From: Patescibacteria group bacterium
Lineage (GTDB): Bacteria; Patescibacteriota; Minisyncoccia; Phycocordibacterales; DATDWN01
Direction of reading: 5' to 3'
Assembly (NCBI GenBank): GCA_040384485.1
Contig: JAZKJH010000002.1
Coordinates: forward strand, 150,235-214,234
DNA length: 64,000 bases
Shown here: one piece after another, positions 44,393 to 55,082 of the stretch
Layout of the letters: every line of letters begins with the position of its first letter
Position numbering within the stretch: the first letter of the stretch is position 1
Translations under genes and position numbers: made by a program
The notes under the pieces: model-generated
Databases searched by the model: none
What the model saw: the letters and a program-made list of their open reading frames with translations, nothing else
What the model was told of the DNA's origin: nothing

Positions 44393-45019
44393 CTACGCGA
44401 AGCAGGTAACCTTCTTCGCGCCTGAAGACAAGTGATCATGAATGCGCGAATCGATCGCATCCAAAATATCTTTGTGAATGACATCGGGCTTTCTGGTTCC
44501 TGAAAGTGGCAAACAGAATTCCGGACATTCTGAGTACAAAACCCGGTTGAGCTCAATCAAGCTCTTGCGATACTTGGACAAACGAGCTACTAGCACTGCG
44601 CGCTTGTCATCGTCTCGAACATGCCCATGTTCATCCGTTCTTGGACCACGACTATCGTAGCGATCCAAACACATGACATCCGGTACATCAAGGAAAATAA
44701 AAAATGGCAACCTGCCATGATTCTTAAATTCGTTGATTGCGAAGTACGCTTGTGTTGCTGTTCGTGGGAAACCCACAATAGCCACATTCCGTACTGCGTG
44801 CAGCACCTTCAATTCCTCACCCACTAGAGTGCAGGCTCGTTCGTCAGTGAAGTAGTTACCCACTGACATAAGCGCCTGTTCCGCCGGATTTGAATTCCTG
44901 TTGGCAAGCTCTGAAGTACTGATTTTCTTGTAATCCAGCGCCTCCAACATATCCGCCTGTGTATCCTTGCCCCCATATGGCGGCGCGATAATAACCACCG
45001 CTCTCGACTCTGTAAACAC
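44393..45019 (-). CDS. divergent adenylate kinase-family protein
   Basis: APPYGGKDTQ P-loop, ISTSEL, VGFPRT, FLDVP, RDDD...RLSKY; SD ggagg + GTG. Confidence 0.75.
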   Translation of the reverse strand: MFTESRAVVIIAPPYGGKDTQADMLEALDYKKISTSELANRNSNPAEQALMSVGNYFTDERACTLVGEELKVLHAVRNVAIVGFPRTATQAYFAINEFKNHGRLPFFIFLDVPDVMCLDRYDSRGPRTDEHGHVRDDDKRAVLVARLSKYRKSLIELNRVLYSECPEFCLPLSGTRKPDVIHKDILDAIDSRIHDHLSSGAKKVTCFA

Positions 45020-45078
45020 AATAACCTCCAATGAACTGTCCAATGGAGAATATTAGTATAAAATGGCCTTACAGTCAA

Positions 45079-46308
45079 TTATTTTGGAAGTACTCCTCTA
45101 AGCTTCTTGTGAAAACTTATTGCGTATCTGTGCGCCTCAGCATTTGAAAGCAATATTTCCCTCTCACATTTCAACCACTTTTTGTCCCCCAATATTTCAC
45201 GTGCCCTATGTCTTTCATCCTTTACAACTGAGACCACCGGTATCTCTACCCCATTCTGTAAAAGTATCTTAGTCACAGTATTCTTTTGAGCAATCCCACC
45301 GTCGACTACTATCAGATTCGGATATAACCATTCTGTATGAGCCAGTCTCCTTTCCACAACCTCTTTTAGAGCGGCTGTATCATTTACCCCAGGATTGTTT
45401 CTTATTTTAAATTTTCTATAATCTGACTTCTTCACCTCACCATCCTCAACCACAGTCATTACACCAACGACATTCTGTCCCGACATATGAGCGATATCAT
45501 AACTTTCAATTCTAAACATATTACCAACTGATTTAGGCAGATCCTCTTTGATAAGTGATATGTCCTGAATATGATTCAATGTAAAAATTGTTCTTTTTAT
45601 TTTTTCGGCTTTTTCAAACTCCCGAGCTTTAGCAAAAGCTTTCATTTGCTTTTCCAAATTCTTTATCAGCTTTTTCTTGTTTCCTTCAAAAAAGGTTTTT
45701 ATATTTTCTATGGTTTCCGCGTATTCCTCTGCACTAACCACACCCGCACAAACCCCAGGACAAAGCCCTATTTGATAATTAAAACATCCTCGTTTCTGAC
45801 CAGGCGCGCACTTGTCTCTATATGGAAACATTTTACGGACTATCTTCATTGCTTCCTTGAGCTGACTTCCGTTAGGAAATGGTCCAAACGAATACTCAAC
45901 CTCAAATTTATTCTCCTTTAGAAAATGTGAGTTAAGTAGTTCTCGTCCACGAATAACCAAGACTCTTGGAAACTCTTCTTTGGTAATAACTACAAAGTTA
46001 AAACTTTTATTATCTTTTTCTTTGATGTTTGCCTCCGGTTGATGCTTTTTTATTAGGTGGGCTTCTAGAACGAGTGCCTCTAGTACTGAGTCAGTCGAAA
46101 TGTGTTCGATGTGATCAAAGCAAGTGAGCATTTTTAAAACGAGAGGACTTCTACTACTTACTACATCTGCATTAAAATAACTCCTTACTCGGTCCTTAAG
46201 ATTGGTAGCCTTACCAATATATAAAATATCTTTTTTGCACATAAACAAGTACACCCCAGGGGTACTTGGTAGTTTCGCTATTTCTTTTTTTATATCTTGA
46301 CTTAACAC
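45079..46308 (-). CDS. uvrC: excinuclease ABC subunit C (short form)
   Basis: GIY-YIG PGVYLF...YIGKATNLKDRV, Cys cluster, UVR domain, RIESYDIAH, VDGG. Confidence 0.9.
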   Translation of the reverse strand: MLSQDIKKEIAKLPSTPGVYLFMCKKDILYIGKATNLKDRVRSYFNADVVSSRSPLVLKMLTCFDHIEHISTDSVLEALVLEAHLIKKHQPEANIKEKDNKSFNFVVITKEEFPRVLVIRGRELLNSHFLKENKFEVEYSFGPFPNGSQLKEAMKIVRKMFPYRDKCAPGQKRGCFNYQIGLCPGVCAGVVSAEEYAETIENIKTFFEGNKKKLIKNLEKQMKAFAKAREFEKAEKIKRTIFTLNHIQDISLIKEDLPKSVGNMFRIESYDIAHMSGQNVVGVMTVVEDGEVKKSDYRKFKIRNNPGVNDTAALKEVVERRLAHTEWLYPNLIVVDGGIAQKNTVTKILLQNGVEIPVVSVVKDERHRAREILGDKKWLKCEREILLSNAEAHRYAISFHKKLRGVLPK

Positions 46309-46359
46309 ATATTTAAGTGTACTGTATTTTTTAGGAAAATCAACTTTTTGGAGGACTCA

Positions 46360-46659
46360 ATGCACATGATTTCGTTATCACAGCGCACAATCGAGATTCA
46401 TCATCTTGCCGTCGCTCTTCGGGAGGGATGGGACAGCCGTCAGGTTTTTATTGATCCAGACGTCTACGACGAATCACGACTTCATATTCCAGGTTGGAAT
46501 ACCTTGAATCCAGGTTGGCTTACTGCCTTAAAAAGGTTGTCTGAGTTGATGGATATCCCTCTATCCTTCGCCGATGAGATTGAAAAGTCCACAGCACGAC
46601 CCCGATATGTTCTACGACTTCTGCAAGAAGCAGAAGGATTTCTCAAAATTGCGCAGTAG
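46360..46659 (+). CDS. hypothetical protein
   Basis: SD ggagg; terminator aaacaccc/gggtgttt+T run. Confidence 0.65.
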   Translation: MHMISLSQRTIEIHHLAVALREGWDSRQVFIDPDVYDESRLHIPGWNTLNPGWLTALKRLSELMDIPLSFADEIEKSTARPRYVLRLLQEAEGFLKIAQ

Positions 46660-46752
46660 CTCCGAGCTACCAACAAACACCCAGAACACCGGGTGTTTTT
46701 TATTACTTGACTTTTCAAAATTTTATTATAATCTGATCTTGGGAGGCAGTTT

Positions 46753-46926
46753 ATGTCACAATTCGCTCGTCTGATGGTTATTGGGGGCGCAATACTCGGC
46801 TATCTAACAATCAAGCAGTTTCCTCAAGATGCGGTTCCAGCAATTTTTCTTTTTTCAGCAGTGATCCTGGAAATTATTGGTAACCAGATTTGCGAAGCAA
46901 TTCGTGCTAACAAAAAGGAAGCCTGA
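46753..46926 (+). CDS. 57-aa two-TM microprotein (absent from ORF track)
   Basis: SD ggagg, TTGACT...TATAAT promoter; MSQFARLMVIGGAILGYLTI...ICEAIRANKKEA. Confidence 0.7.
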   Translation: MSQFARLMVIGGAILGYLTIKQFPQDAVPAIFLFSAVILEIIGNQICEAIRANKKEA

Positions 46927-47090
46927 TGGACAGCAGGCGATGGAATGCTTTGTGGCTTCTTTGGTTGATTGTGACCTACATCATTTGGGGCTATAACTAC
47001 CAATGGCGAATGATGCTCGCGTCTGCCATCATCGGGTGGATCGTTCTCGATCTAGTGGACTGCGTCATCGAAGCAATCAAGAAAAAATAG
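46926..47090 (+). CDS. 54-aa two-TM microprotein (absent from ORF track)
   Basis: TGATG coupling; MDSRRWNALWLLWLIVTYIIWG...VIEAIKKK. Confidence 0.7.
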   Translation: MDSRRWNALWLLWLIVTYIIWGYNYQWRMMLASAIIGWIVLDLVDCVIEAIKKK

Positions 47091-47097
47091 TAGTTTG

Positions 47098-47129
47098 ACA
47101 CCGCGCTCGGGGAAACCTGGGCGCTTTTT
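47098..47129 (+). repeat. terminator sharing its 5' arm (acaccgcgctcggggaa) with the terminator at 47757-47795
   Basis: Identical 17-mer downstream of both Trp-rich paralogous microproteins. Confidence 0.7.
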
Positions 47130-47190
47130 ATTACCTTGACTTATTTATAATAATATGTTAATATTAGGAAAGGAAACAAAAGGAGCACCC

Positions 47191-47562
47191 ATGATTTTTG
47201 GTAACGGTAAGTCTGAGCGGGTCCAGCCCTCCGTGCGTGAGGAAATTCGACAGATGCATCAGGCAGACGACGAGGACCTGTTCGATCAGCTCCTCCTCGA
47301 CTACCGCGATGAACGCTACGCCATCCCCAATAGTGCCAGGTATTCTCACTACTTCGACCTTGAGGACGACTTCGATCCTTCGCCAACTACGCGACCGGAT
47401 GTCATCGACCTCGAAGATTCGGACTACGATTACCAGGACTACTCGGATCGCGGACCCTTTCATTTCATGAGGAACGGAGTTACTGACGAGCGGTCAGAGA
47501 GCGACCTCGAGGATGACTTCAAATTTGAGCTGATGCTGCGACGATCATCACCGCTAGACTAA
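47191..47562 (+). CDS. highly acidic hypothetical protein
   Basis: SD aaggag; Asp/Glu-rich, with DLEDD/DLEDS occurring three times. Confidence 0.7.
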   Translation: MIFGNGKSERVQPSVREEIRQMHQADDEDLFDQLLLDYRDERYAIPNSARYSHYFDLEDDFDPSPTTRPDVIDLEDSDYDYQDYSDRGPFHFMRNGVTDERSESDLEDDFKFELMLRRSSPLD

Positions 47563-47575
47563 CAAGGAGATATGC

Positions 47576-47749
47576 GTGTCAGGAGAACGATGGTACGTTA
47601 TGTGGGCTCTTTGGGTCATTGCATGCTACCTCATATGGGGTGGTAGGACAGGGACCGGACAGCCACAAATCATGTTTGCCGTGATCATATTCGGCGTGGT
47701 AGCCGGTATCGCGCTCGATGGCCTAATCAAGGCAATCAAGAGTAAATGA
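47576..47749 (+). CDS. 57-aa two-TM microprotein, paralogue of 46926-47090 (absent from ORF track)
   Basis: SD aaggag + GTG; MSGERWYVMWALWVIACYLIWG...LIKAIKSK. Confidence 0.7.
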   Translation: MSGERWYVMWALWVIACYLIWGGRTGTGQPQIMFAVIIFGVVAGIALDGLIKAIKSK

Positions 47750-47876
47750 CTTTTCAACACCGCGCTCGGGGAATTCCTCCCCGAGCGTTTTTTTTAACTC
47801 TGTCGTAAAAATATATTTTATCATCTAAGTAGACTTTTAATACTGTTTGTGAGATTGTTTTACAGGGAGAACACTG

Positions 47877-48116
47877 ATGATAAAAGTGATCATAACGTAC
47901 CATTCAGATTCAGGAGAACTGATTAAGCCTCCAGACCACTATCCCGCTGTGATTGATTTTCAGTTGAATAATGCATGCGAAGTGACGGATGACAAAGTCA
48001 AGGACATGGTAGAATCTTTTCTAAGATCTGTACACGACGAAGTTCTACCAAATGGAATTGAAATCGGCTGGGGGTTTTCCGACTCTATAACACCTCTAGT
48101 GGATCACAAAAAATAA
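47877..48116 (+). CDS. small hypothetical protein
   Basis: SD ggag; terminator aatgcgttcg/cgaacgcatt+T run. Confidence 0.65.
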   Translation: MIKVIITYHSDSGELIKPPDHYPAVIDFQLNNACEVTDDKVKDMVESFLRSVHDEVLPNGIEIGWGFSDSITPLVDHKK

Positions 48117-48332
48117 TGACATACCAATAATGCGTTCGTGGAGTTCCTCCCTCGAACGCATTTTTATTATCCATCTTCTTCGCTTAAAAGTAACTGCTTG
48201 TAATTGAAAAAGGCCTTTCGTCGGAGAGTCACTTCGGTCTGATGACCTCTAGTATTTCCTCGCCTTCTCTCGTCAATCGCAGCCGACCACGGCTAGATAG
48301 ATTGCCTTTTGAGATTATATGCTGTTATTTAT

Positions 48333-50966
48333 TTATCCCTTCCTATACGCTTTGTATTGTTTCAAAGCCTTCTTCAAATACTTCCCTGTATAACTTTTTT
48401 CGTTATTTGCTATCTCCTCTGGAGTTCCTTTGGCTACAAGCTGTCCACCACCTTCCCCACCTTCAGGACCAATATCTAGAACATAGTCACTAGATTTTAT
48501 AATATCCATATTGTGCTCAATAACTAAAACAGAGTTACCCTTGTTTACTAGTTGCTGGAGAATCTCAATAAGTTTTTTTACATCCTCGTAGTGTAATCCG
48601 ATAGTTGGTTCGTCTAGAATATACATAGTTTTTTGCAAATGCGCTCTGTATAGTTCAGAAGATATTTTTACACGCTGAGCTTCACCACCAGAAAGAGTTG
48701 TCGCAGACTGACCGAGCTCTAGATATCCAAGCCCCACGTCATTAAGGGTTTTTAGTCGGTCATAAATAGCTGGAATATCAATAAAGAAATCTAACGCCTC
48801 CTCAACCGTCATTTTCAAAACTTCGTATATATTTTTCTTTTTATAATTCACCTCCAGAGTCTCTTTCATAAACCTTTTCCCCTTACATACATCACAGGGT
48901 ACGTACACAGTAGGCAAAAAGTGCATTTCTACTTCTATCATTCCATTACCCTGACAAGTCTCACATCGTCCACCTTTTACGTTAAAAGAAAATCTGTTAG
49001 CTTTCCATCCTCGTGCACGAGCTTCAGATGTTTCTGCAAACAAGTCACGGATAAAACTCCAAGCCCCAGTATATGTAGCAGGGTTTGAACGCGGAGTTCT
49101 GCCGATAGGACTCTGGTCTATTAGTATTGCTCGGCCCAAATACTCTGAACCAGCAAAAGTCTTACAATTAAATATTTCTGCTGTTCGATATCTTTTTTCT
49201 AGTCTTGCTTGCAGGTTCTTATACAAAATCTCATAAACAAAAGATGATTTACCTGAACCAGATACTCCCGTCACCGAAACAAACCTACCGAGTGGAATAT
49301 CCACATTCATATTTTTTATATTGAAAACTTTTCCTCCGCGAATTTGAATATCACCTTTTGGATGGTCGCGTCTTTCCGCTGGAACTTCCAGAACTTTGTC
49401 CCCTCGCAAATAGTCTAGTGTGTTTGAACCGCTCACATTTTTCTTGGCAGTCAAAAGCTCGTTCAAATCCCCCGCCACAACAACATTACCACCGTGTATA
49501 CCCGCACCAGGGCCTATGTCTACTATATAGTCCGATGCATATATAGTGTCCTCGTCATGCTCTACCACGATAATAGTATTGCCGAGGTCACGTAAATCCA
49601 GGAGAGTTTGGATCAATCTGTCATTGTCTCTCGAGTGTAGTCCAATAGTAGGCTCATCAAGCACATACAAAGCTCCTACAAGCCCTGAACCAAGCTGTGA
49701 AGCAAGACGAATTCTCTGTGCCTCTCCACCAGAAAGAGTGTGAGCTCGTCTGTTTAGCGACAAATACTCGATACCCACGTTGAGCATGAACAAAAGTCTC
49801 GATTCTATTTCTCGCAAAACTACTTTAGAAATATTTTTCTCTCGCTCAGACATTTTCAATCCTTCAAAAAATGCATAAGCATCTTTGATAGACATGTCAG
49901 TCAGATCTACTATGTTTTTCTTGCCTATCATCACGTGCAAAGCCTCCTCTCGAAGCCTTGCTCCTTTACACTTTGGACAAACTTCTTTTCCAAAAAAATG
50001 TTTTGTTCCTAGTCCGTTACATTCTGGACAGGCACCGTATGGAGAGTTAAAAGAAAATAGTCTTGGCTCTACTTCTGGATATGAGTAACCGTCCTTTGGA
50101 CAAGAAAGTTTTGACGACATGAAAAACTCTTCTGGTTTGTAGTCTTTTACTTTTTCTTGCGCCATGTCTCGGAACATTATTTTTACCTGACCATCAGACT
50201 CGTTTAGAGCTTTTTCCAAATCCTCTGCTAGTCGCTCCTCAGCACTTTTTTTATCGTTTTTAAAATCAAGAAGCGAAATACTGTCTACCAGTACATCTAT
50301 AGTGTGTCTCTTTGTCTTGGAAAGTTCGATTCTATCTCGGAGTGATTTTCTTTCGCCATCTATCATTATTGTTGAGTAACCTTTGCCCAGGAGGTCGTAC
50401 AACATCTGGTAGTACTCTCCCTTTCTACCTTTTACCACTGGAGAAAATATTTCTACGTATACAGGTAGTGGAATTTTTACATCTACTTTTTTAGATTTGG
50501 TGTACTCACTAATTTTTTCAAGAATAAAGTTTTTTATTTCCTCGTTTGAAAGTTTTGTTATTTCGTCGCCACAAACAAGACAATGTGGGTGCCCAACTCG
50601 AGAATACAGTATACGCAAATAGTCGTATATCTCGGTGATAGTCGCCACAGTTGAACGAGGGTTGTTAGACCTAGATTTTTGGTCTATAGAAATAGCTGGT
50701 GAAAGTCCGACTATTTCATCCACATCAGGCTTTTGAAGTTGTCTTAGAAATTGTCTTGCGTACGAAGAAAGGGATTCTATGTATCGGCGTTGTCCTTCGG
50801 CAAAAATAGTATCAAAAGCCAGGGATGATTTCCCTGAACCAGAAAGTCCAGTAAAAACCACCATCTTGTTTCGTGGCATTTCTACTGTGATGTTTTTCAA
50901 GTTGTGGGTGCGGGCACCCTTCACAATAATTACATCATTATTTTTTTGTTCTTTTTTAGGTGACAT
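48333..50966 (-). CDS. uvrA: excinuclease ABC subunit A
   Basis: [22 protein letters not shown] twice, GVSGSGKSS, zinc fingers. Confidence 0.98.
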   Translation of the reverse strand: MSPKKEQKNNDVIIVKGARTHNLKNITVEMPRNKMVVFTGLSGSGKSSLAFDTIFAEGQRRYIESLSSYARQFLRQLQKPDVDEIVGLSPAISIDQKSRSNNPRSTVATITEIYDYLRILYSRVGHPHCLVCGDEITKLSNEEIKNFILEKISEYTKSKKVDVKIPLPVYVEIFSPVVKGRKGEYYQMLYDLLGKGYSTIMIDGERKSLRDRIELSKTKRHTIDVLVDSISLLDFKNDKKSAEERLAEDLEKALNESDGQVKIMFRDMAQEKVKDYKPEEFFMSSKLSCPKDGYSYPEVEPRLFSFNSPYGACPECNGLGTKHFFGKEVCPKCKGARLREEALHVMIGKKNIVDLTDMSIKDAYAFFEGLKMSEREKNISKVVLREIESRLLFMLNVGIEYLSLNRRAHTLSGGEAQRIRLASQLGSGLVGALYVLDEPTIGLHSRDNDRLIQTLLDLRDLGNTIIVVEHDEDTIYASDYIVDIGPGAGIHGGNVVVAGDLNELLTAKKNVSGSNTLDYLRGDKVLEVPAERRDHPKGDIQIRGGKVFNIKNMNVDIPLGRFVSVTGVSGSGKSSFVYEILYKNLQARLEKRYRTAEIFNCKTFAGSEYLGRAILIDQSPIGRTPRSNPATYTGAWSFIRDLFAETSEARARGWKANRFSFNVKGGRCETCQGNGMIEVEMHFLPTVYVPCDVCKGKRFMKETLEVNYKKKNIYEVLKMTVEEALDFFIDIPAIYDRLKTLNDVGLGYLELGQSATTLSGGEAQRVKISSELYRAHLQKTMYILDEPTIGLHYEDVKKLIEILQQLVNKGNSVLVIEHNMDIIKSSDYVLDIGPEGGEGGGQLVAKGTPEEIANNEKSYTGKYLKKALKQYKAYRKG

Positions 50967-51068
50967 GTACGCAAATAAACCCCTGAATCTCCCTATGGGT
51001 TAAGTATGAGCATATCATAAACTCCCTATAAAAAACAGACTCGTTACAAATGCAACGAGTCTGAGAAT

Positions 51069-51308
51069 TTACTTGTTCTTGCGAAAGAAAAACCACAGAA
51101 CAAAAGGGGTGCCGACCACCAAAACGATTAGAGCTTGTTTTGGTGTTTTAATGAACAACCCGGCTAAATCGCTCAAAATAGACACCGTACCTATTTCACC
51201 TTTGCAGAACTTGCGAGGTTGAGGCCCATAAGGACCGTTGCGATAGTCATAACTGAGAGTAGCCCAATGTACAAATGTGTTGGGTTCATTTGAGTCTCCG
51301 CTCAACAT
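51069..51308 (-). CDS. small protein with C-terminal TM
   Basis: ORF between uvrB and uvrA followed by hairpin cagactcgtt/aacgagtctg. Confidence 0.5.
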   Translation of the reverse strand: MLSGDSNEPNTFVHWATLSYDYRNGPYGPQPRKFCKGEIGTVSILSDLAGLFIKTPKQALIVLVVGTPFVLWFFFRKNK

Positions 51309-51342
51309 ACTACTCTTTTTACAAGAAACCTCAAGTAGAAAG

Positions 51343-53442
51343 CTACCTTAGGGCATCCTTTGCACCTCTTTTGTTTTTTGGTTTTTCCTCAAGTTTTGCA
51401 GCGGCAGTTTTTTTAGCCTCTAGTCTTTTCTGCAACTCAACTATCTCATCTCGCAGTATCGCCGCTGTTTCAAAGTCTAAAATTTTCACCGCACCATCCA
51501 TTTGTTTTTCTTTTTGTCGTATCAGTTTCTCTGGGTTTTTCTCCAACATTTTTTGATCAAGTAACAACAAAGAATCCACAGTTTTCTTGTGCTCTGTTTT
51601 CATTTGGTCCGTGATGTCCTGGATTTTCTTTATGATGGTCTTCGGAGTGATACCATGTTTCTTGTTGTATTCCATCTGCAAGTTTCTTCTCCTTTCTGTC
51701 TCGCCTATAGCATTTTTCATGGAGTCAGTCATATGGTCCGCATACAAAATAACTCGTCCATCAGAGTTTCTAGCTGCACGACCTATTATCTGTATAAGAC
51801 TCCTTTCACTACGTAGAAATCCCTCTTTGTCTGCATCAAGTATCCCGATAAGTGTCACTTCTGGCAGGTCTAGCCCTTCTCTTAGCAAGTTTACTCCTAC
51901 TATCACATCAAACTCACCTCGACGAAGAGCCGTTAAGATTTCTATTCTTTGTATTGTTTTTATATCACTATGCAAATACTCAGCACGAATACCTTTTTCT
52001 TTTAGATACTCAGACAAGTCCTCTGCCATTTTCTTGGTCAAGGTCGTTGCGATAACACGCCCACCTTTTTTAATAGCTGCCTGTGCCTCTTTTATAAAAT
52101 CAAAAATCTGACCTTTGTAATTTCCCTTTTCTACTATTGGGCGCACTTCAACCACTGGGTCAAGCAATCCTGTAGGTCGTATCACCTGCTCTACTATTTG
52201 CTCCGAGTTCTCTCCTTCATAGTTTCCAGGAGTCGCCGATGTATATATCACTTGCCCGACTCGTTCTTCAAATTCTTTAAAATTCAAAGGTCTGTTGTCA
52301 CGTGCACTTGGTAGTCGAAAACCGAAATCCACCAAACTATTTTTTCGAGACGCATCACCACCCTGCATCGCGCCTATCTGAGGAACCGAAACGTGAGACT
52401 CGTCTATGATAGTCAGAAAGTCTGGAGTACCATCGGCCTTATGAGGAAAATACGAAAGCAAAGTGTCAGGAGCCTCTCCAGGTTTCTTGCCAGAAAAATG
52501 TCTTGAATAGTTTTCTATTCCGTTACAGTAACCCATCTCTCGGATAAGAGCCAAGTCGTATGTAGTTCTTCTTTTCAATCTTTCTGCCTCCAAGTTTTTG
52601 CCCTCTTTCTCTAGCTCCTTCAATCTTTGGGTTAATTCCTTTTTTATAGAGTCAAAAGCTTTTTTACTTTGTTCGTCTGTAGAAATAAAGTGCTTTGCAG
52701 GAAACAAGAAGAAAAATTCAACCTCATTCTCGATAGCCCGAGTAATACTATCTATTTTCAAAATTTCTTTTATTTTGTTATCGACTATTTCTAACCTATA
52801 AATAACCTTTTCTGACACCGGCATAATTTCAATCATGTTTCCTATCGCACGAAACATACCGGGCACCAGGTCCGCTGTGGTTCGTTCAAAATGAATATCT
52901 ACAAGTTTTCGTATGAAATCCGCTCGAGAGATTTGCTCCCCTTTCATTATCTTCAAATTCACCTTTTCATATTCCACCGGAGAACCCAGACCGTAGATAC
53001 AAGAAACAGACGCGACAATAATCACGTCTTTACGGGTTAGTAGGGCTTGGGTAGAAGCATGTCGCAAACGGTCTATCTCTTCGTTAATCATTGCTTCCTT
53101 CTCTATATATGTATCTGAAACCGGCATATATGCCTCTGGCTGATAGTAGTCATAGTAGGAAACAAAGTAATGCACGGCATTGTTGGGGAAAAATTCTTTG
53201 TACTCTTGAGCTAGCTGGGCAGCTAGAGTTTTATTGTGAGCTATAACTAGAGTCGGTTTCTGAATCTCTTGAATAACATTGGCGATAGTGTAGGTTTTAC
53301 CAGATCCAGTCACACCCAAAAGAGTCTGATGTCTCAGACCGTTTTTAACACCGTCAACGAGACCTTGGATAGCTTTGGGTTGATCCCCAGCCGGCTCAAA
53401 GTCTCTATGTATTTTGAATAATTCTTTTGCCATTACTGACAC
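51343..53442 (-). CDS. uvrB: excinuclease ABC subunit B
   Basis: GVTGSGKT, YFVSYYDYYQPEAY, DESH, LREGLDLPEV. Confidence 0.98.
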   Translation of the reverse strand: MSVMAKELFKIHRDFEPAGDQPKAIQGLVDGVKNGLRHQTLLGVTGSGKTYTIANVIQEIQKPTLVIAHNKTLAAQLAQEYKEFFPNNAVHYFVSYYDYYQPEAYMPVSDTYIEKEAMINEEIDRLRHASTQALLTRKDVIIVASVSCIYGLGSPVEYEKVNLKIMKGEQISRADFIRKLVDIHFERTTADLVPGMFRAIGNMIEIMPVSEKVIYRLEIVDNKIKEILKIDSITRAIENEVEFFFLFPAKHFISTDEQSKKAFDSIKKELTQRLKELEKEGKNLEAERLKRRTTYDLALIREMGYCNGIENYSRHFSGKKPGEAPDTLLSYFPHKADGTPDFLTIIDESHVSVPQIGAMQGGDASRKNSLVDFGFRLPSARDNRPLNFKEFEERVGQVIYTSATPGNYEGENSEQIVEQVIRPTGLLDPVVEVRPIVEKGNYKGQIFDFIKEAQAAIKKGGRVIATTLTKKMAEDLSEYLKEKGIRAEYLHSDIKTIQRIEILTALRRGEFDVIVGVNLLREGLDLPEVTLIGILDADKEGFLRSERSLIQIIGRAARNSDGRVILYADHMTDSMKNAIGETERRRNLQMEYNKKHGITPKTIIKKIQDITDQMKTEHKKTVDSLLLLDQKMLEKNPEKLIRQKEKQMDGAVKILDFETAAILRDEIVELQKRLEAKKTAAAKLEEKPKNKRGAKDALR

Positions 53443-53477
53443 TATACAACAGAAATGAATAAAATAGAAAAAACCGC

Positions 53478-53687
53478 CTAAGCGGTTTTGGACTTTCCTT
53501 TTCTCCTTGGCACAAAGAATGTTGCTTTGGATGTGATGGGTTTGCGCTCATTCTCGATTAGACTGAGCATGCTCGCCCTGTGTTCGGGCGAAAGAGGTTC
53601 CAATTTCAATTTCCTTTTTGGAAGATTACTTGGGGTATTACCCGAGACATCAACATGCTTACTTGGAAAACTGATTCTTCTGGTCAT
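53478..53687 (-). CDS. small basic hypothetical protein
   Basis: SD aggag; 69 aa, Lys/Arg-rich. Confidence 0.55.
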   Translation of the reverse strand: MTRRISFPSKHVDVSGNTPSNLPKRKLKLEPLSPEHRASMLSLIENERKPITSKATFFVPRRKGKSKTA

Positions 53688-53696
53688 TTCTCTCTC

Positions 53697-53831
53697 CTAA
53701 AAAACATATGCTGGCCAAAAAATAACAGTCGAAAGTTGTGAATACCAAGGCTCGTTCTTCGTAGAAGTGATGCCGTTCACACCTGCTCCCAACAAAAGCC
53801 ACCCAAGAAGAATCAAAGACCATGTAGGCAT
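53697..53831 (-). CDS. 44-aa membrane microprotein (absent from ORF track)
   Basis: SD ggagg; MPTWSLILLGWLLLGAGVNGITSTKNEPWYSQLSTVIFWPAYVF. Confidence 0.55.
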   Translation of the reverse strand: MPTWSLILLGWLLLGAGVNGITSTKNEPWYSQLSTVIFWPAYVF

Positions 53832-53867
53832 AATGCCCTCCACTTAGAATCCTACTGGTTTCTAGTC

Positions 53868-55082
53868 TTAAGTCAATTTATTTTTATAGTATCTCTCCAC
53901 AAATTCCTTTTTATATTTCAAAAAGTCCCCGCTGTTTATCTCTTCTCTCATTCTATCTACCATACTAACTATAAAATGTGTGTTGTGTATTGATGCCAGA
54001 ACTCCTGCCAACATTTCTTTCTGATGAAAGAGGTGGGCCATATATCCACGAGAAAAGTTTTTGCATGCATAACACTCACAGCCTTCATCTATTGGACCTG
54101 GGTCTTCTCTGTATTCTTGGTTATAAATATTTACTTTACCGTCCTTTGTATACACACCTCCGTTTCTTCCAAGTCTGGTTGGTGCAACACAGTCAAACAA
54201 GTCACAACCTTTCTCAACTGCCATGAACAAGTCGAGCGGTTCGCCAATCCCTAGTAAATGTCTTGGTTTTTCTTTTGGCAAAATATTGTTGCACCACTCA
54301 ACCGCTTTTTCCATATCTTCTTTTTCAAAAGACCCGCCGATACCGTAGCCGTCAAAGTCGAGTCCTGCCATAAACTCTGCACTTTCTTTTCGTAAAGTCT
54401 CATCACGTCCTCCTTGAATAATACCGAACAACGCTTGAATTTTTGAATGCTCTGTTCCTTTGTGATATTCCAAACATCTTTTTGCCCACCTGTGTGTTCT
54501 TTCAAGTGCTTCCTTCTGATAGTGAAGTGACTCGTACGGAGAAGTACATTCGTCAAATGCAAAAATAATATCTGCCCCTAAATTATGTTGAATCTCGATG
54601 GATTTTTCTGGAGTAAAATAATGAGCCGAACCATCAGAGTGTGAACGGAACATAACTCCGTTGGGGTCTATGCGAGCTATTTTCGGCAGTCCATCCTCTG
54701 GTGCAGTTACTGGCAAAGCTATTTCATCTTCGTGTTTTCGGTGACCTATTTTACTCACACCTTTTTGTCCGTATGCCGCACCGAGTGAAAAAACTTGGAA
54801 ACCCCCAGAGTCAGTCATGAGAGGTTTGTTCCAATTCATAAACTTATGCAATCCTCCCAGTTTTTTTATTTTCTCATCCCCTGCTAGATACAAATGGTAC
54901 GTATTAGCGATTATTACTTGTGTTCCTGCCTCGGAAATATCTTTCGGTGACAAACCTTTTACTGTACCTTTGGTTCCCACAGACACAAAAGCCGGTGTCT
55001 GTATGTCACCGTGGGGAGTAGATATGGTTCCGGTTCTAGCAAGAGTTCCTTGAAGTTCTTTGTTAATTACGAATTTAAACAT
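53868..55082 (-). CDS. tgt: tRNA-guanine transglycosylase
   Basis: TPHGDIQTP, TDSGGFQVFSL, GIIQGG, FDCVAPTR, CECYAC. Confidence 0.97.
   Translation of the reverse strand: MFKFVINKELQGTLARTGTISTPHGDIQTPAFVSVGTKGTVKGLSPKDISEAGTQVIIANTYHLYLAGDEKIKKLGGLHKFMNWNKPLMTDSGGFQVFSLGAAYGQKGVSKIGHRKHEDEIALPVTAPEDGLPKIARIDPNGVMFRSHSDGSAHYFTPEKSIEIQHNLGADIIFAFDECTSPYESLHYQKEALERTHRWAKRCLEYHKGTEHSKIQALFGIIQGGRDETLRKESAEFMAGLDFDGYGIGGSFEKEDMEKAVEWCNNILPKEKPRHLLGIGEPLDLFMAVEKGCDLFDCVAPTRLGRNGGVYTKDGKVNIYNQEYREDPGPIDEGCECYACKNFSRGYMAHLFHQKEMLAGVLASIHNTHFIVSMVDRMREEINSGDFLKYKKEFVERYYKNKLT

Noticed and set aside
47098-48170. CRISPR array or integron attC sites suggested by the repeated sequences
   Set aside because: Only 2-3 degenerate copies, hundreds of bp apart, each a hairpin plus T run right after a stop codon; no cas or intI gene and no GTTRRRY cores noticed.
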